A DNA stretch of 64,000 nucleotides from an uncultured Anaerolineales bacterium (GTDB lineage: Bacteria; Chloroflexota; Anaerolineae; Anaerolineales; JABWBV01). The notes beneath the pieces were generated by a model that made no database searches, was not told where the DNA came from, and saw only the letters and a list, made by a program, of their open reading frames with translations. This document shows, in pieces, positions 35,917-44,764 of this stretch (its first letter is position 1; every line of letters begins with the position of its first letter). Location of the stretch: NCBI GenBank assembly GCA_964489525.1, contig CAZAYY010000021.1, positions 104-64,103 of the forward strand, given 5' to 3'. Position numbers and translations under genes: made by a program.

Positions 35917-36832
35917 TGCGGAAAAATTCCAGGGTTTGGGCCAGGCCGTCTTCCAGCGAGACCTGCGGCTCCCAGCCCAGTTCGCTGCCAATCCGGCCCG
36001 CATCCAGAATGCTGCGGAACACCTCGCCCGGTTTGCCGGGGCCATAATTGGCCGGAAGCGAATAGCCGCTGACTTTCTTCAAGACTTCGTAAATTTTATT
36101 AATCGAAGTACCAACCCCGGTGCCGATGTTGTAGGCCCGGCGGTTGCTGGCCGGGTTATCCAAAACCATCAGGTTCGCCCGGACCACATCGCCCACGAAC
36201 ACAAAATCGCGTTCCTGGTCCCCGGTGCCATAAATGGTCAGGGGTTTTTCGGCCAACATCCGCTGGGCAAAAATGGCCACCACACCGGCCTCGCCAAACG
36301 GGTCCTGGCGGGGACCGTAGATATTGGCATAGCGCAGGGTGGTATATTCCAGGCCGTAGGTCACAGCATACAGGTGCAGGTACATTTCAAAAGCATACTT
36401 GGCCGCGCCATAGGGCGAGAGCGGCTGGATGGGGTGTTTTTCATCGCAGGGCAGGTAGGTGGGGTCGCCATACACTGTGCCGCCGGAGGAGCTAAAAACC
36501 ACCTTCTTCACCCCGGTTTTACGGGCATTTTCCAGCAGGTTTAACCCGCCCAGGATGTTGATATCGGCGTCCAACATCGGGTTTTCCACCGAAACGTTCA
36601 CACTCATCTGGGCAGCATGGTGGTTGACCACATCCGGGCGTTCGCGCTCAAACACATCCTTCAATGCAGCGTCGCGAATGTCCATTTCGTAAAAGTTTGC
36701 AGCAGGATTGATGTTTTCACGTTTTCCTGTGGCCAGGTTGTCCACCACCACCACCTGGTGGCCGTTGGCAATCAACGCATCGCCAATTTGGGAAGCGATA
36801 AACCCCGCACCGCCTGTGATTAAGATTTTCAT
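35906..36832 (-). CDS. NAD-dependent nucleotide-sugar epimerase/dehydratase (GalE-like)
   Basis: MKILITGGAGFIASQIGDAL is the Rossmann GxxGxxG. SPYGAAKYAFE is the catalytic YxxxK. It overlaps the convergent upstream gene by 11 nt. Confidence 0.88.
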   Translation of the reverse strand: MKILITGGAGFIASQIGDALIANGHQVVVVDNLATGKRENINPAANFYEMDIRDAALKDVFERERPDVVNHHAAQMSVNVSVENPMLDADINILGGLNLLENARKTGVKKVVFSSSGGTVYGDPTYLPCDEKHPIQPLSPYGAAKYAFEMYLHLYAVTYGLEYTTLRYANIYGPRQDPFGEAGVVAIFAQRMLAEKPLTIYGTGDQERDFVFVGDVVRANLMVLDNPASNRRAYNIGTGVGTSINKIYEVLKKVSGYSLPANYGPGKPGEVFRSILDAGRIGSELGWEPQVSLEDGLAQTLEFFRTKG

Positions 36833-36898
36833 GGGAATGTCTCCTCTTGAAGGTATGATTTAGAAATGATTCAGCCCCACCCCCAGGCGGTTATTATT

Positions 36899-38461
36899 TT
36901 ATCGCACTCGCCGGTAAATGGCGTAGCCTGGAAACGTGGTTTCTAACGCAAACTCCCCAGCCGCCAGGACAGCATCGTAAATCTTCCACTTGCGGCTGAA
37001 TGGCCCCACCACCAGGTAATCGGGGTCGCCTGAGAGGGGATCATATAAAATCGGCTGGTTTTGGCCCAAAGAATCGTTTTGAATACCCGTAACGCTCACC
37101 GAAGCAGGGGGATAGTGGTATGGGCGCTCCAACATAAAAAAGAGTTCGCTGTCATAGGTCTCAATCCTGGCGGTGGGCGGGGTGTTCTGGTTCAGGTATG
37201 CAGCGGTTTGGGCAGCCCCGGTGTGGCTGGTGAGGAACACCAACAGCACAATGCCGCTCGTGATCACAAATGCCAGCACCAGCCAGCCAGCCACCAGCCA
37301 GGGTAGCACCAACCGGCTGGCATTTTTCAGCCGGTCAGCCAGCGTCCCACCCCGGGCACTCCCCGCCTGGCGCAATTCGAGCAGCAGGCGGCGAAAACGC
37401 AGCCCGCGCGTACATTCAACCACCGCCTCTGCCGAGAACAAAGACCCCAAAAACACCGGGATAAACAGGTAGCGCACAAACGCCATCCCCAACAGGGCAT
37501 ACCAGCCCAACCAACTGATTACCAATCCCAAAATGGCCAGGCGGGTGAGTAAACCGGCCCGTTCGACCAGGGGAACGCCATTTCGCCAGGCTACCCAGGT
37601 TTTCCACAAAGCCCAGGCCGCACCCACCAGGGTGAGTAGGCCAAAGGTAAACAGGTGGCCCAGCGCCTCGGCCCGCACAGGCCCATCCAGCACAAGGGCT
37701 GTCACCTGGAACAAACCGGGCATCTCCTCCCCCTGCCCCACGCGCTCCACCAGGGAAAACAACCCGCTCACCAGGGGTTGGCGCAGCCCCCAGGCCGCGG
37801 CAGTCACCAGCGCCAACAACCCGGCCTCGCGCCACCAGTGCTGCCAGAGCGCGGCCAGCAGCGCACCCGCCAGCCCCACCCACCAAAAAGGCACCACCTG
37901 GGCCTTGCTGATCAGCGCCGCCGCAAAAAACGCCCCTGCCCCTGCACCCCCCAACCAGGGCCGCCCAGCCAACCCGATATACAAGCAGCCAAAACCAGCC
38001 GCCAAAAACAGCAAAGCCGTGATCTCGCCCAACACTTGGCGGCCAATCAGAATGGGATGCAGTTCATTGGCCATTGGCGCCAGCAAAACCAACCCCAATG
38101 CCAGCCCGGCCGTTTTGGGCGAAGAAAGGCGGCGCGCCAGCAGGTAGAACACCCCCAGCGCCGCCAGCATCCCCAACACACCCGGCAGCCGCCCCTGCCA
38201 CGTTCCAACCCCAAAGAGCCTAAAGCTCAGCGCTGCCAGCCCGGTGACTGGCAAATGCCCAGAGAGCGTGGGCCCGGCCTCCTGCCCATTGCGATACAAA
38301 CCAAAGAAACCATCCTGCGCCCAACTGCGCGCCACCCCCAACGTCCAGCCCTCATCCCACCACAAGGATGGGACGCGCCCAAGGTCGGAGAAGAAGGCGA
38401 AGAGGAGGATTATCACCAATAAGGCATTACCGAACCAGAGCAGTTTTTTTTGGGCAAACAT
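36899..38461 (-). CDS. glycosyltransferase family 39/83-like (PMT_2/ArnT-like) membrane protein
   Basis: Motif VPSLWWDEGWTLGVARSWAQDG. The start is moved to the ATG at 38461 (MFAQKKLLWF); the track start at 38473 is a TTG inside the upstream gene. Confidence 0.7.
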   Translation of the reverse strand: MFAQKKLLWFGNALLVIILLFAFFSDLGRVPSLWWDEGWTLGVARSWAQDGFFGLYRNGQEAGPTLSGHLPVTGLAALSFRLFGVGTWQGRLPGVLGMLAALGVFYLLARRLSSPKTAGLALGLVLLAPMANELHPILIGRQVLGEITALLFLAAGFGCLYIGLAGRPWLGGAGAGAFFAAALISKAQVVPFWWVGLAGALLAALWQHWWREAGLLALVTAAAWGLRQPLVSGLFSLVERVGQGEEMPGLFQVTALVLDGPVRAEALGHLFTFGLLTLVGAAWALWKTWVAWRNGVPLVERAGLLTRLAILGLVISWLGWYALLGMAFVRYLFIPVFLGSLFSAEAVVECTRGLRFRRLLLELRQAGSARGGTLADRLKNASRLVLPWLVAGWLVLAFVITSGIVLLVFLTSHTGAAQTAAYLNQNTPPTARIETYDSELFFMLERPYHYPPASVSVTGIQNDSLGQNQPILYDPLSGDPDYLVVGPFSRKWKIYDAVLAAGEFALETTFPGYAIYRRVR

Positions 38462-38465
38462 ATCA

Positions 38466-39410
38466 CTACCCAAACAATTTTTGTTTCAACACAATAAACA
38501 CTTTTGCCCGTTCGCCCAGCAGCATCACCAAACCCAGGGCTATCCAGGCAGCCAAATTAAGAGCCCAGGTTTTTACTGCCTTCCATAATCCTTTCCGGGC
38601 CGCCTGGGCATCGTCCAACATCAAAGCCCCTGCGCCCCAATACAAATAAAAAGATGAGCGAGTTGAACGAGCCAGGGTCAGAAAAATCGGGCTGGCCTCG
38701 ATTTTGCGCATCAAATGGTTAAAGCCTGCCAACATCTGCTGCTTGTTTTGAGAACCGCTGCCAACCCGGTGACGGTACAGGCCTGTAGGTTGGGCCTGGT
38801 ACGCCGCCCCCCCTTGGGACGTTAGCCGATACCAATAATCCCAATCTTCATTCCCTGCCATAACGGGGTCAAAACCGCCCACTTGTGCTGCATATTCCGC
38901 CCGCACCATCGCCGCATGAATTGGGAAGGGATTTTGTTTCATGAAAACCAGGGCATTTTGGCGAGGACTGCCCAACGACATCTTAATTCTGGGCCGGTCA
39001 AAAAAGGGGCGGGCTAAAGCTGTCTCCTGGCCCTCTTCAAAGAACAGGGTATCCGAAAAAACGACGCAAACTGCAGGATGGTTTTCCAAATAACCGGTTT
39101 GCAGTTCCAACTTTCCCGGAAGAAACAAGTCATCAGCATCCAGAAACACAAGGTATTTCCCGGAAGCCGCCTGCAGCCCGGTATTGCGCGCCGCACTGAC
39201 CCCCCGGTTGGGCTGGTTGATAAGGTGAATACGCCCAGCATACGGCGCTAAAACCGAGAGCGTTTCATCGGTAGAACCATCGTTGACCACAATAATCTCC
39301 ACGGCCGGGTAATCCTGGGCTAACACACTTTCCACCGCCAAACAAATGTGCCTGGCAGCGTTGTATGCCGGAATAATGACCGAGATGGTGGGTGCATCAG
39401 GGCTGACCAT
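38466..39410 (-). CDS. glycosyltransferase family 2
   Basis: ISVIIPAYNAARHICLAVESVLAQDYPAVEIIVVNDGSTDET and FLDADD. The start is moved to the ATG at 39410, 2 nt after the upstream stop; the track start at 39557 overlaps that gene by 145 nt. Confidence 0.88.
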   Translation of the reverse strand: MVSPDAPTISVIIPAYNAARHICLAVESVLAQDYPAVEIIVVNDGSTDETLSVLAPYAGRIHLINQPNRGVSAARNTGLQAASGKYLVFLDADDLFLPGKLELQTGYLENHPAVCVVFSDTLFFEEGQETALARPFFDRPRIKMSLGSPRQNALVFMKQNPFPIHAAMVRAEYAAQVGGFDPVMAGNEDWDYWYRLTSQGGAAYQAQPTGLYRHRVGSGSQNKQQMLAGFNHLMRKIEASPIFLTLARSTRSSFYLYWGAGALMLDDAQAARKGLWKAVKTWALNLAAWIALGLVMLLGERAKVFIVLKQKLFG

Positions 39411-39412
39411 GT

Positions 39413-40483
39413 TTATCCTAACCACCCTGTATTTAAGCCAATCCGCTCCATCACCATCTGAAAGGTGTTTTGAATTGTGTTCATACGTGGCAACCGAGGA
39501 CTGATTCGAAATGCCCAGGCCAAAGCCAACAGCGAATATTTCCAGGAAATTTTCCAATTCTCCAATGCAAGCCAGTACAGCTTATCACCAATTACCCACC
39601 TGAGGGCTGGGCGGCTATAACCACCCTCATCAAGAACATGCGCATCCTGAAAGTAAACATCGCATAACAAATCCACCGCCAGCTTAAGGAGGGTTGGAGG
39701 CTGTCCAGGCTGTAAAGGCTGATAAAGAGCGGTAACAGCCTCGAGCGGAACTTCCCGCCCTAAAAAGCCAGTCAAGTTTCTATACACAACCTGAACTGCC
39801 CTGGCGTTTTGTCTCTCTGAATGCACCTGAGAAACGCCTCTATCATGCACCCGATACAGCAAAAGCACTTCGGGTAAATTTGCCAGCTTCGTCACCTGGG
39901 CAAACCGTGACCAAAGTGCATAATCCTCTGCAGTCGAGGACATTGTTTCGTAATGGCCAACTTGTTCGAGGAGCGGCCTTCGGAACATAACAGTAGATGC
40001 GCCAAATGAATTTGAAAGTAACAAATGTGAACGAATTTGAGATGGCGAAGTGGGAGGTTTCACAATGGACCCCTTTACCCCCTGTTTATCGATTATTTGA
40101 TAATAGGCCCCGACGATACCAATTTCATGGTTTTGCTCCATGAAAGCAACCTGCTTTTCCAATCGGTTAGGAAGCGCAATATCATCAGCATCCATGCTGG
40201 CAATGTACTTTCCGCTTGAATGATCAACACACTTATTTCTTGAAATGGAAATTCCCTGATTACCTGAATTCCGATATAAAGATATTCTTTGGTCGCGTTG
40301 AGAGTATTGGTATAGGATTTTCCAAGTTTGATCATTCGATCCATCATCAACGATGATAAGCTCAAAATTTGAATACGTTTGTTCTAATACACTTTGGATA
40401 GCCGCACCAACATAATCTTCACAGTTGTAAACTGGCATGTTAACACTAACTAAAGGTGCAGCTGATTTAATGTCTTGCATCAA
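39413..40483 (-). CDS. glycosyltransferase family 2 (inside the low-GC cassette)
   Basis: VSVNMPVYNCEDYVGAAIQSVLEQTYSNFELIIVDDGSNDQT and SMDADD. Hand-counted lines give about 43-45% GC. Confidence 0.88.
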   Translation of the reverse strand: MMQDIKSAAPLVSVNMPVYNCEDYVGAAIQSVLEQTYSNFELIIVDDGSNDQTWKILYQYSQRDQRISLYRNSGNQGISISRNKCVDHSSGKYIASMDADDIALPNRLEKQVAFMEQNHEIGIVGAYYQIIDKQGVKGSIVKPPTSPSQIRSHLLLSNSFGASTVMFRRPLLEQVGHYETMSSTAEDYALWSRFAQVTKLANLPEVLLLYRVHDRGVSQVHSERQNARAVQVVYRNLTGFLGREVPLEAVTALYQPLQPGQPPTLLKLAVDLLCDVYFQDAHVLDEGGYSRPALRWVIGDKLYWLALENWKISWKYSLLALAWAFRISPRLPRMNTIQNTFQMVMERIGLNTGWLG

Positions 40484-41352
40484 TTTATTTGTATCCAGTC
40501 TGGGGGGATTCTATCGTGATTATTTGAAGCGATACTTCTAAACCATTGTTGCGGAGCTACAACAATTTTTTTAGAATAATTACAAAGCCACGCCCCCCAC
40601 CAACTAAAAGAACTATTTGCAATGATATGATGTTGACAATGAGCCATCAACCATAAATCTTCATAATCACTTCCAACCCATTTATTTTCAATAAAAGTTG
40701 TGGGATAACCTATTTGTAAATTTTGCATAGCCCAGATCGGGTCATCCGAGAACACATAAAAATGCGGGGCAGCAGTTTGAGCAGCTATCCTCTCAATGGC
40801 TTTTTGATAATATTCGCTTGAACAAACTCCATGGAAATCTGCCGTTTCAGGATGAGTTACATAATCGCCACGGCGAATATGTAAACTGACAGGACAAGGA
40901 GTACTACTAATCTCAGCCAATAAGCGTTGGCTGTTATTGCTGATGCCTTTGGGTGTCAGTTCAGCCCGGACTAACATTTCAATATCATTAAAATACTTAT
41001 AACTTTGCCAATAGCCGATATACAAAGTTTGCCGCTTGCGCTTGAATATATTTTGGTCATATTCACAGATATCCTTCTCAAGAATAACAGGTTTGAGAAA
41101 ATCGGGGAGCACCTGGGTGATATATCGCAAAGAAGTTCGTTTAAACCATATCAACCGCGGGTCGAATTTTTCTGAAAGAAGGGTATCAGCGCAGATATTG
41201 AATTTATCAAGTTGAAATTTTCGGCGTGTTTGTTCGCGGAAAAAGGAAAGGTCTAGTTTCAAGGGTGTTTCACTGGCAATCGAAAGCGCTCTTCCAAAAA
41301 CATATTGAAATAGCTGGTTGCCCAGCCCACCTTGTAAATAGATGGTAATCAA
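40480..41352 (-). CDS. glycosyltransferase family 11, alpha-1,2-fucosyltransferase-like (inside the low-GC cassette)
   Basis: GT11 motifs: MITIYLQGGLGNQLFQYVFG, VSLHIRRGDYV, FYVFSDD, ANSSFSWWGAWL. Hand-counted lines give 33-35% GC. Confidence 0.88.
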   Translation of the reverse strand: MITIYLQGGLGNQLFQYVFGRALSIASETPLKLDLSFFREQTRRKFQLDKFNICADTLLSEKFDPRLIWFKRTSLRYITQVLPDFLKPVILEKDICEYDQNIFKRKRQTLYIGYWQSYKYFNDIEMLVRAELTPKGISNNSQRLLAEISSTPCPVSLHIRRGDYVTHPETADFHGVCSSEYYQKAIERIAAQTAAPHFYVFSDDPIWAMQNLQIGYPTTFIENKWVGSDYEDLWLMAHCQHHIIANSSFSWWGAWLCNYSKKIVVAPQQWFRSIASNNHDRIPPDWIQIN

Positions 41353-41514
41353 GTGCGATGTCTCCTGCGGTCCACCAGTTCTCCGCTTTATTCCAGGCTT
41401 TTATGTGCACACAAAATGAAATATTCTACAACCATAGCCCCCAAAGGCCCAAACAATGCCTGCAAACGGCGGGAGGCTTTTTGATCAATTGTTTTCATAA
41501 GCACCCGTAGGCAG

Positions 41515-42750
41515 CTAAAGTTTTTGAATATTTACTTCATGTAATGTGGCCAGCAGTCCAGTAGCAGCGCTGCTTCGGTACAATTGACCATGTTGAGCCA
41601 CATTTGAAATGGTTACGTGCCCCTGGTTGGGCATATAATAAAACGTCTGCCCATGACTGGACAGACCTACAACAAACTGAAAATCTGTACTTGTCACCGG
41701 AAAGTCAACCTGAAAACGAACGCAATACCGGCCAGGTTCCAAATCACGCGGCAGTGACCAAAACGTAGCGACGGGCACAGATTCAAAGGTGGTGATTCCA
41801 GCCGCAGCAATGACATGCCCTACTTTTTCAAACATCTCAAACTCTAGTTCAATTTGCCAGGGTTCAAAGATTTGAAAAGTTGACTGAGGTTTACCACTCT
41901 GATTGTAAAATCGTAAAAATCGCCCCACGCCTGGAGATGAACCTGGCATAAGGGAGAGCTTTACCTCGGCGGATGAAGCGCCCGCCCTTTCAATTAAATA
42001 TTGATGAATAACCTGGCCAACTGGCCCTTGCATGAGCAACTGGCCTTTATCTACCAGCAATCCCGTACTACATAAACCCCGAATAGCCCCCATATTATGG
42101 CTCACAAACAACACCGTCCGACCGCCCTGCGCCACTTGGCCCATCTTACCCAGGCATTTTTTCTGAAATTCGGCATCACCTACCGCCAGCACCTCATCAA
42201 TCACCAATACTTCCGGCTCCAGGTGGGCGGCCACGGCGAAAGCCAGGCGGACGTACATGCCGCTGGAATAGCGTTTGACGGGGGTGTCGAGGAACTTCTC
42301 AATCTCGGCAAAGTCTACAATTTCATCAAACTTACGCTCAATTTCGTGGCGGTGCATGCCCAGGATGGCGCCGTTCAGGTAAATATTCTCCCGCCCGGTC
42401 AGTTCCGGGTGAAAGCCGGTGCCTACTTCCAACAAAGAGGCCACCCGCCCGCGCAGGATGGCGCGGCCGTGGGTGGGTTTGGTGATGCGCGACAGAATCT
42501 TCAGCAGCGTGCTCTTGCCTGCCCCATTGCGACCAATGATGCCCACCACCTCGCCCGGCTGCACTTCGAACGAGACGTCTTTCAGCGCCCAAATGGTGTC
42601 ATAATCCGGGGACGCATGCCCGCTCAACCGGCGAAAAGGCGCAGACAGCGTGTTCATCACCGACTCGCGCAGCGAACCATACGGGTCCTGCCGCGCCCCA
42701 ATCCGGTACTGCTTGCTGATATTCTCAACCTGAATGATGGGCTGTGTCAT
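41515..42750 (-). CDS. wzt: polysaccharide ABC transporter ATP-binding protein Wzt/TagH-type with C-terminal extra domain
   Basis: Walker A GIIGRNGAGKSTLLK, signature YSSGMYVRLAFA, Walker B LVIDEVLAVGD. There are about 160 additional C-terminal aa, a position where characterised Wzt proteins carry a glycan-binding module. Confidence 0.88.
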   Translation of the reverse strand: MTQPIIQVENISKQYRIGARQDPYGSLRESVMNTLSAPFRRLSGHASPDYDTIWALKDVSFEVQPGEVVGIIGRNGAGKSTLLKILSRITKPTHGRAILRGRVASLLEVGTGFHPELTGRENIYLNGAILGMHRHEIERKFDEIVDFAEIEKFLDTPVKRYSSGMYVRLAFAVAAHLEPEVLVIDEVLAVGDAEFQKKCLGKMGQVAQGGRTVLFVSHNMGAIRGLCSTGLLVDKGQLLMQGPVGQVIHQYLIERAGASSAEVKLSLMPGSSPGVGRFLRFYNQSGKPQSTFQIFEPWQIELEFEMFEKVGHVIAAAGITTFESVPVATFWSLPRDLEPGRYCVRFQVDFPVTSTDFQFVVGLSSHGQTFYYMPNQGHVTISNVAQHGQLYRSSAATGLLATLHEVNIQKL

Positions 42751-42816
42751 TTTTGCATTTACAAATTTAACATTTAAAATTTAACATTTTGCATTTTGCA
42801 TTTTGCATTTATCATT

Positions 42817-43683
42817 TCACACAATATCCGCAAACTGGTCTTCCATCTTTTTGAAGTATACCAGACCCGTAAACAGCAGCAGCGCGACCACGCCAGCCGA
42901 GACGAGGATCATTGGCCCCACGAAGGTCTCGGTGCCCAAGATGGCCCATCGAAAGCCTTCAATCACACCCGTCATCGGGTTCAGGCTGTACAACAGCCGC
43001 CACTGCTCTGGGATAAGTGTGCTGGAATAGGCCACCGGTGTGGCAAACAGCCAGAACTGGGTCAGGAAGGGCAGAGTGTAGCGCACGTCGCGGTATTTTA
43101 CGTTCAACGCCGACAGCCACAGTCCCACGGAAATCGCCGTCAGGATGGCGAAAGCCACCAGGAATGGGATAACCAGCAGCCGCCAGGTAAACGGGACCCC
43201 GTACCCCAGCATGAGCACGAGCAGCACAGCGAACGAAATGGCAAAATCGAGCAGCCCGGCCATCACAGAAGAAATCGGAATAACCAGCCTGGGGAAATAT
43301 ACCTTGGAAATCAAGTTCTGGTCGGTCACCAGGCTGGTGCTGGATTGGGTGAGGGCATAGGCAAACAACTGCCAGGGCAGCAATGCGGTAAAGGTGAACA
43401 CCGGGTATGCCACACCATCCGAAGGTAGCCCGGCTAACCGGCCAAAAATGACGCTGAAGACCAGCATGGTGAGCAGCGGCTGGAGCAGCGCCCAGGCCGC
43501 GCCCAGGGCGGTTTGCTTGTAGCGCACCTTGACATCGCGCCAGGTGAGAAAGTAGAGCAGGTCGCGATACCGCCACAAGTCGGCCAACTGTAAATCGATA
43601 AAGCGGCGCGGCGGTTCGATGACGATTTCCTGCTGTGAGGGTGGGTGTTCGATAGAGTGAGTTTCTGGAAGGATCATAAGCAC
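42817..43683 (-). CDS. wzm: polysaccharide ABC transporter permease Wzm (ABC-2 type)
   Basis: DLWRYRDLLYFLTWRDVKVRYKQTALGAAWALLQP is the typical ABC-2 N-terminal motif. Six TM segments. Confidence 0.88.
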   Translation of the reverse strand: MLMILPETHSIEHPPSQQEIVIEPPRRFIDLQLADLWRYRDLLYFLTWRDVKVRYKQTALGAAWALLQPLLTMLVFSVIFGRLAGLPSDGVAYPVFTFTALLPWQLFAYALTQSSTSLVTDQNLISKVYFPRLVIPISSVMAGLLDFAISFAVLLVLMLGYGVPFTWRLLVIPFLVAFAILTAISVGLWLSALNVKYRDVRYTLPFLTQFWLFATPVAYSSTLIPEQWRLLYSLNPMTGVIEGFRWAILGTETFVGPMILVSAGVVALLLFTGLVYFKKMEDQFADIV

Positions 43684-43813
43684 CAGGCCTTACATACCGT
43701 GAACGATAAATTTTTCAACTCTGTGCATGTATATGCATTTCGAGCCAATTTGGCCTCTATTGCGATGGGGGAGCGTTTCCCACAAAACACCTGGTAATCT
43801 CTCCAATTGGCTG

Positions 43814-44764
43814 TCATCCCTGGCTCCTTCCCGGCTGCTGGCTCCACACCCAGCGCGTTAGCCGCACATACACATCAGCAAACCCGGAGCGCCCTGTAAC
43901 CCATTGTACCAACTTTAAAGCGATAGCCCGCATCCCAAACCCCAGCACAGCCGCTAACCATACCAAACCATGCTTCCACGCAGGGAAAACATAATACTGC
44001 CGGAAATAGCGGATGGCGCTGCGATATTCGCTTTGCTTGGCCCATTCCCGCACTTTGGAGAGGGACTGGTCACCGAGGTGAGTAATGATGCTTTCTGCCA
44101 CATACGCCACCTGGAAACCCCGCCGCTGGTAGCGATGACACCATTCCACGTCTTCAAAATAAAAATCGAAGCCCTCATCCAGGAGCCCCACCTGGTCAAG
44201 TTCTGCACGGCGCACCAGCATGGCCGCGCCCGAAATACACGGAACAGGGCCAGTCGCCCGGCGTTCCAGGCGCCGCTGCTGCCAGCGCTCCCACAAACGG
44301 CCTGTGGGGAAACCCGGGTCCAGAAAAAGCAAAAAGGCGATATAAGCAAACGGAGATGGTAAACGCCTCGCACTGCTAGATTGAACAACGCCCTCAACAG
44401 AGACCAGGCGCGGGCCAACCATCCCCCATTTGGGGTGGGTTTCCAATGCTTGAATCAATACTTCCAAAGCACCAGGATGCAGCACGGTATCGTTATTGAG
44501 TACCAGAACGTACTTACCCCGCGCCTGGCGAATCCCTAGGTTATAGTTTTTCGAAAATCCCTGAAGAGGCTTCACAGGAATCACCGTAACATTCGAGTAC
44601 TGTTGCTTAATCGGTATGGCTACCGACTCCATCTCATAGTTGTCAACCACCAGTGCCTCAAAAATAAGCCCTGGAGGCGAAGCATAAAGTGATTCTAAAC
44701 AACGTAACGTATCCGCTAAACCGTTGACATTCACAGTTACAATCGATAGATATGGTTCAATCAT
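43814..44764 (-). CDS. glycosyltransferase family 2 (WbbL/rhamnosyltransferase-like layout)
   Basis: LSIVTVNVNGLADTLRCLESL...VVDNYEMES...GFSKNYNLGIRQARGKYVLVLNNDT. Confidence 0.8.
   Translation of the reverse strand: MIEPYLSIVTVNVNGLADTLRCLESLYASPPGLIFEALVVDNYEMESVAIPIKQQYSNVTVIPVKPLQGFSKNYNLGIRQARGKYVLVLNNDTVLHPGALEVLIQALETHPKWGMVGPRLVSVEGVVQSSSARRLPSPFAYIAFLLFLDPGFPTGRLWERWQQRRLERRATGPVPCISGAAMLVRRAELDQVGLLDEGFDFYFEDVEWCHRYQRRGFQVAYVAESIITHLGDQSLSKVREWAKQSEYRSAIRYFRQYYVFPAWKHGLVWLAAVLGFGMRAIALKLVQWVTGRSGFADVYVRLTRWVWSQQPGRSQG

Noticed and set aside
24235-38422. Many long ORFs on the opposite strand or in alternative frames of the GT-C genes (e.g. 29111-29875 254 aa, 34042-34992 316 aa, 35810-36544 244 aa, 37655-38422 255 aa)
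   Set aside because: They are rich in Q, P, R, G and H with low complexity, and always nested inside a better gene with TM periodicity or known motifs. This is the expected artefact of about 65-70% GC DNA.
42097-42777. 226-aa ORF antisense to wzt; also 45576-46394 (272 aa), 48499-49398 (299 aa) and 58945-59736 (263 aa)
   Set aside because: Each overlaps a gene with unmistakable motifs (Walker A/B, GT4 EX7E region, AMP-binding loop, TM protein). Each has proline/arginine-rich nonsense-like composition.
42751-42816. CRISPR array or microsatellite call for the TTTTGCA tandem units
   Set aside because: There are only 3-4 units of 7 nt, with no spacers and no cas genes in the window. It is reported as an odd intercistronic spacer instead.
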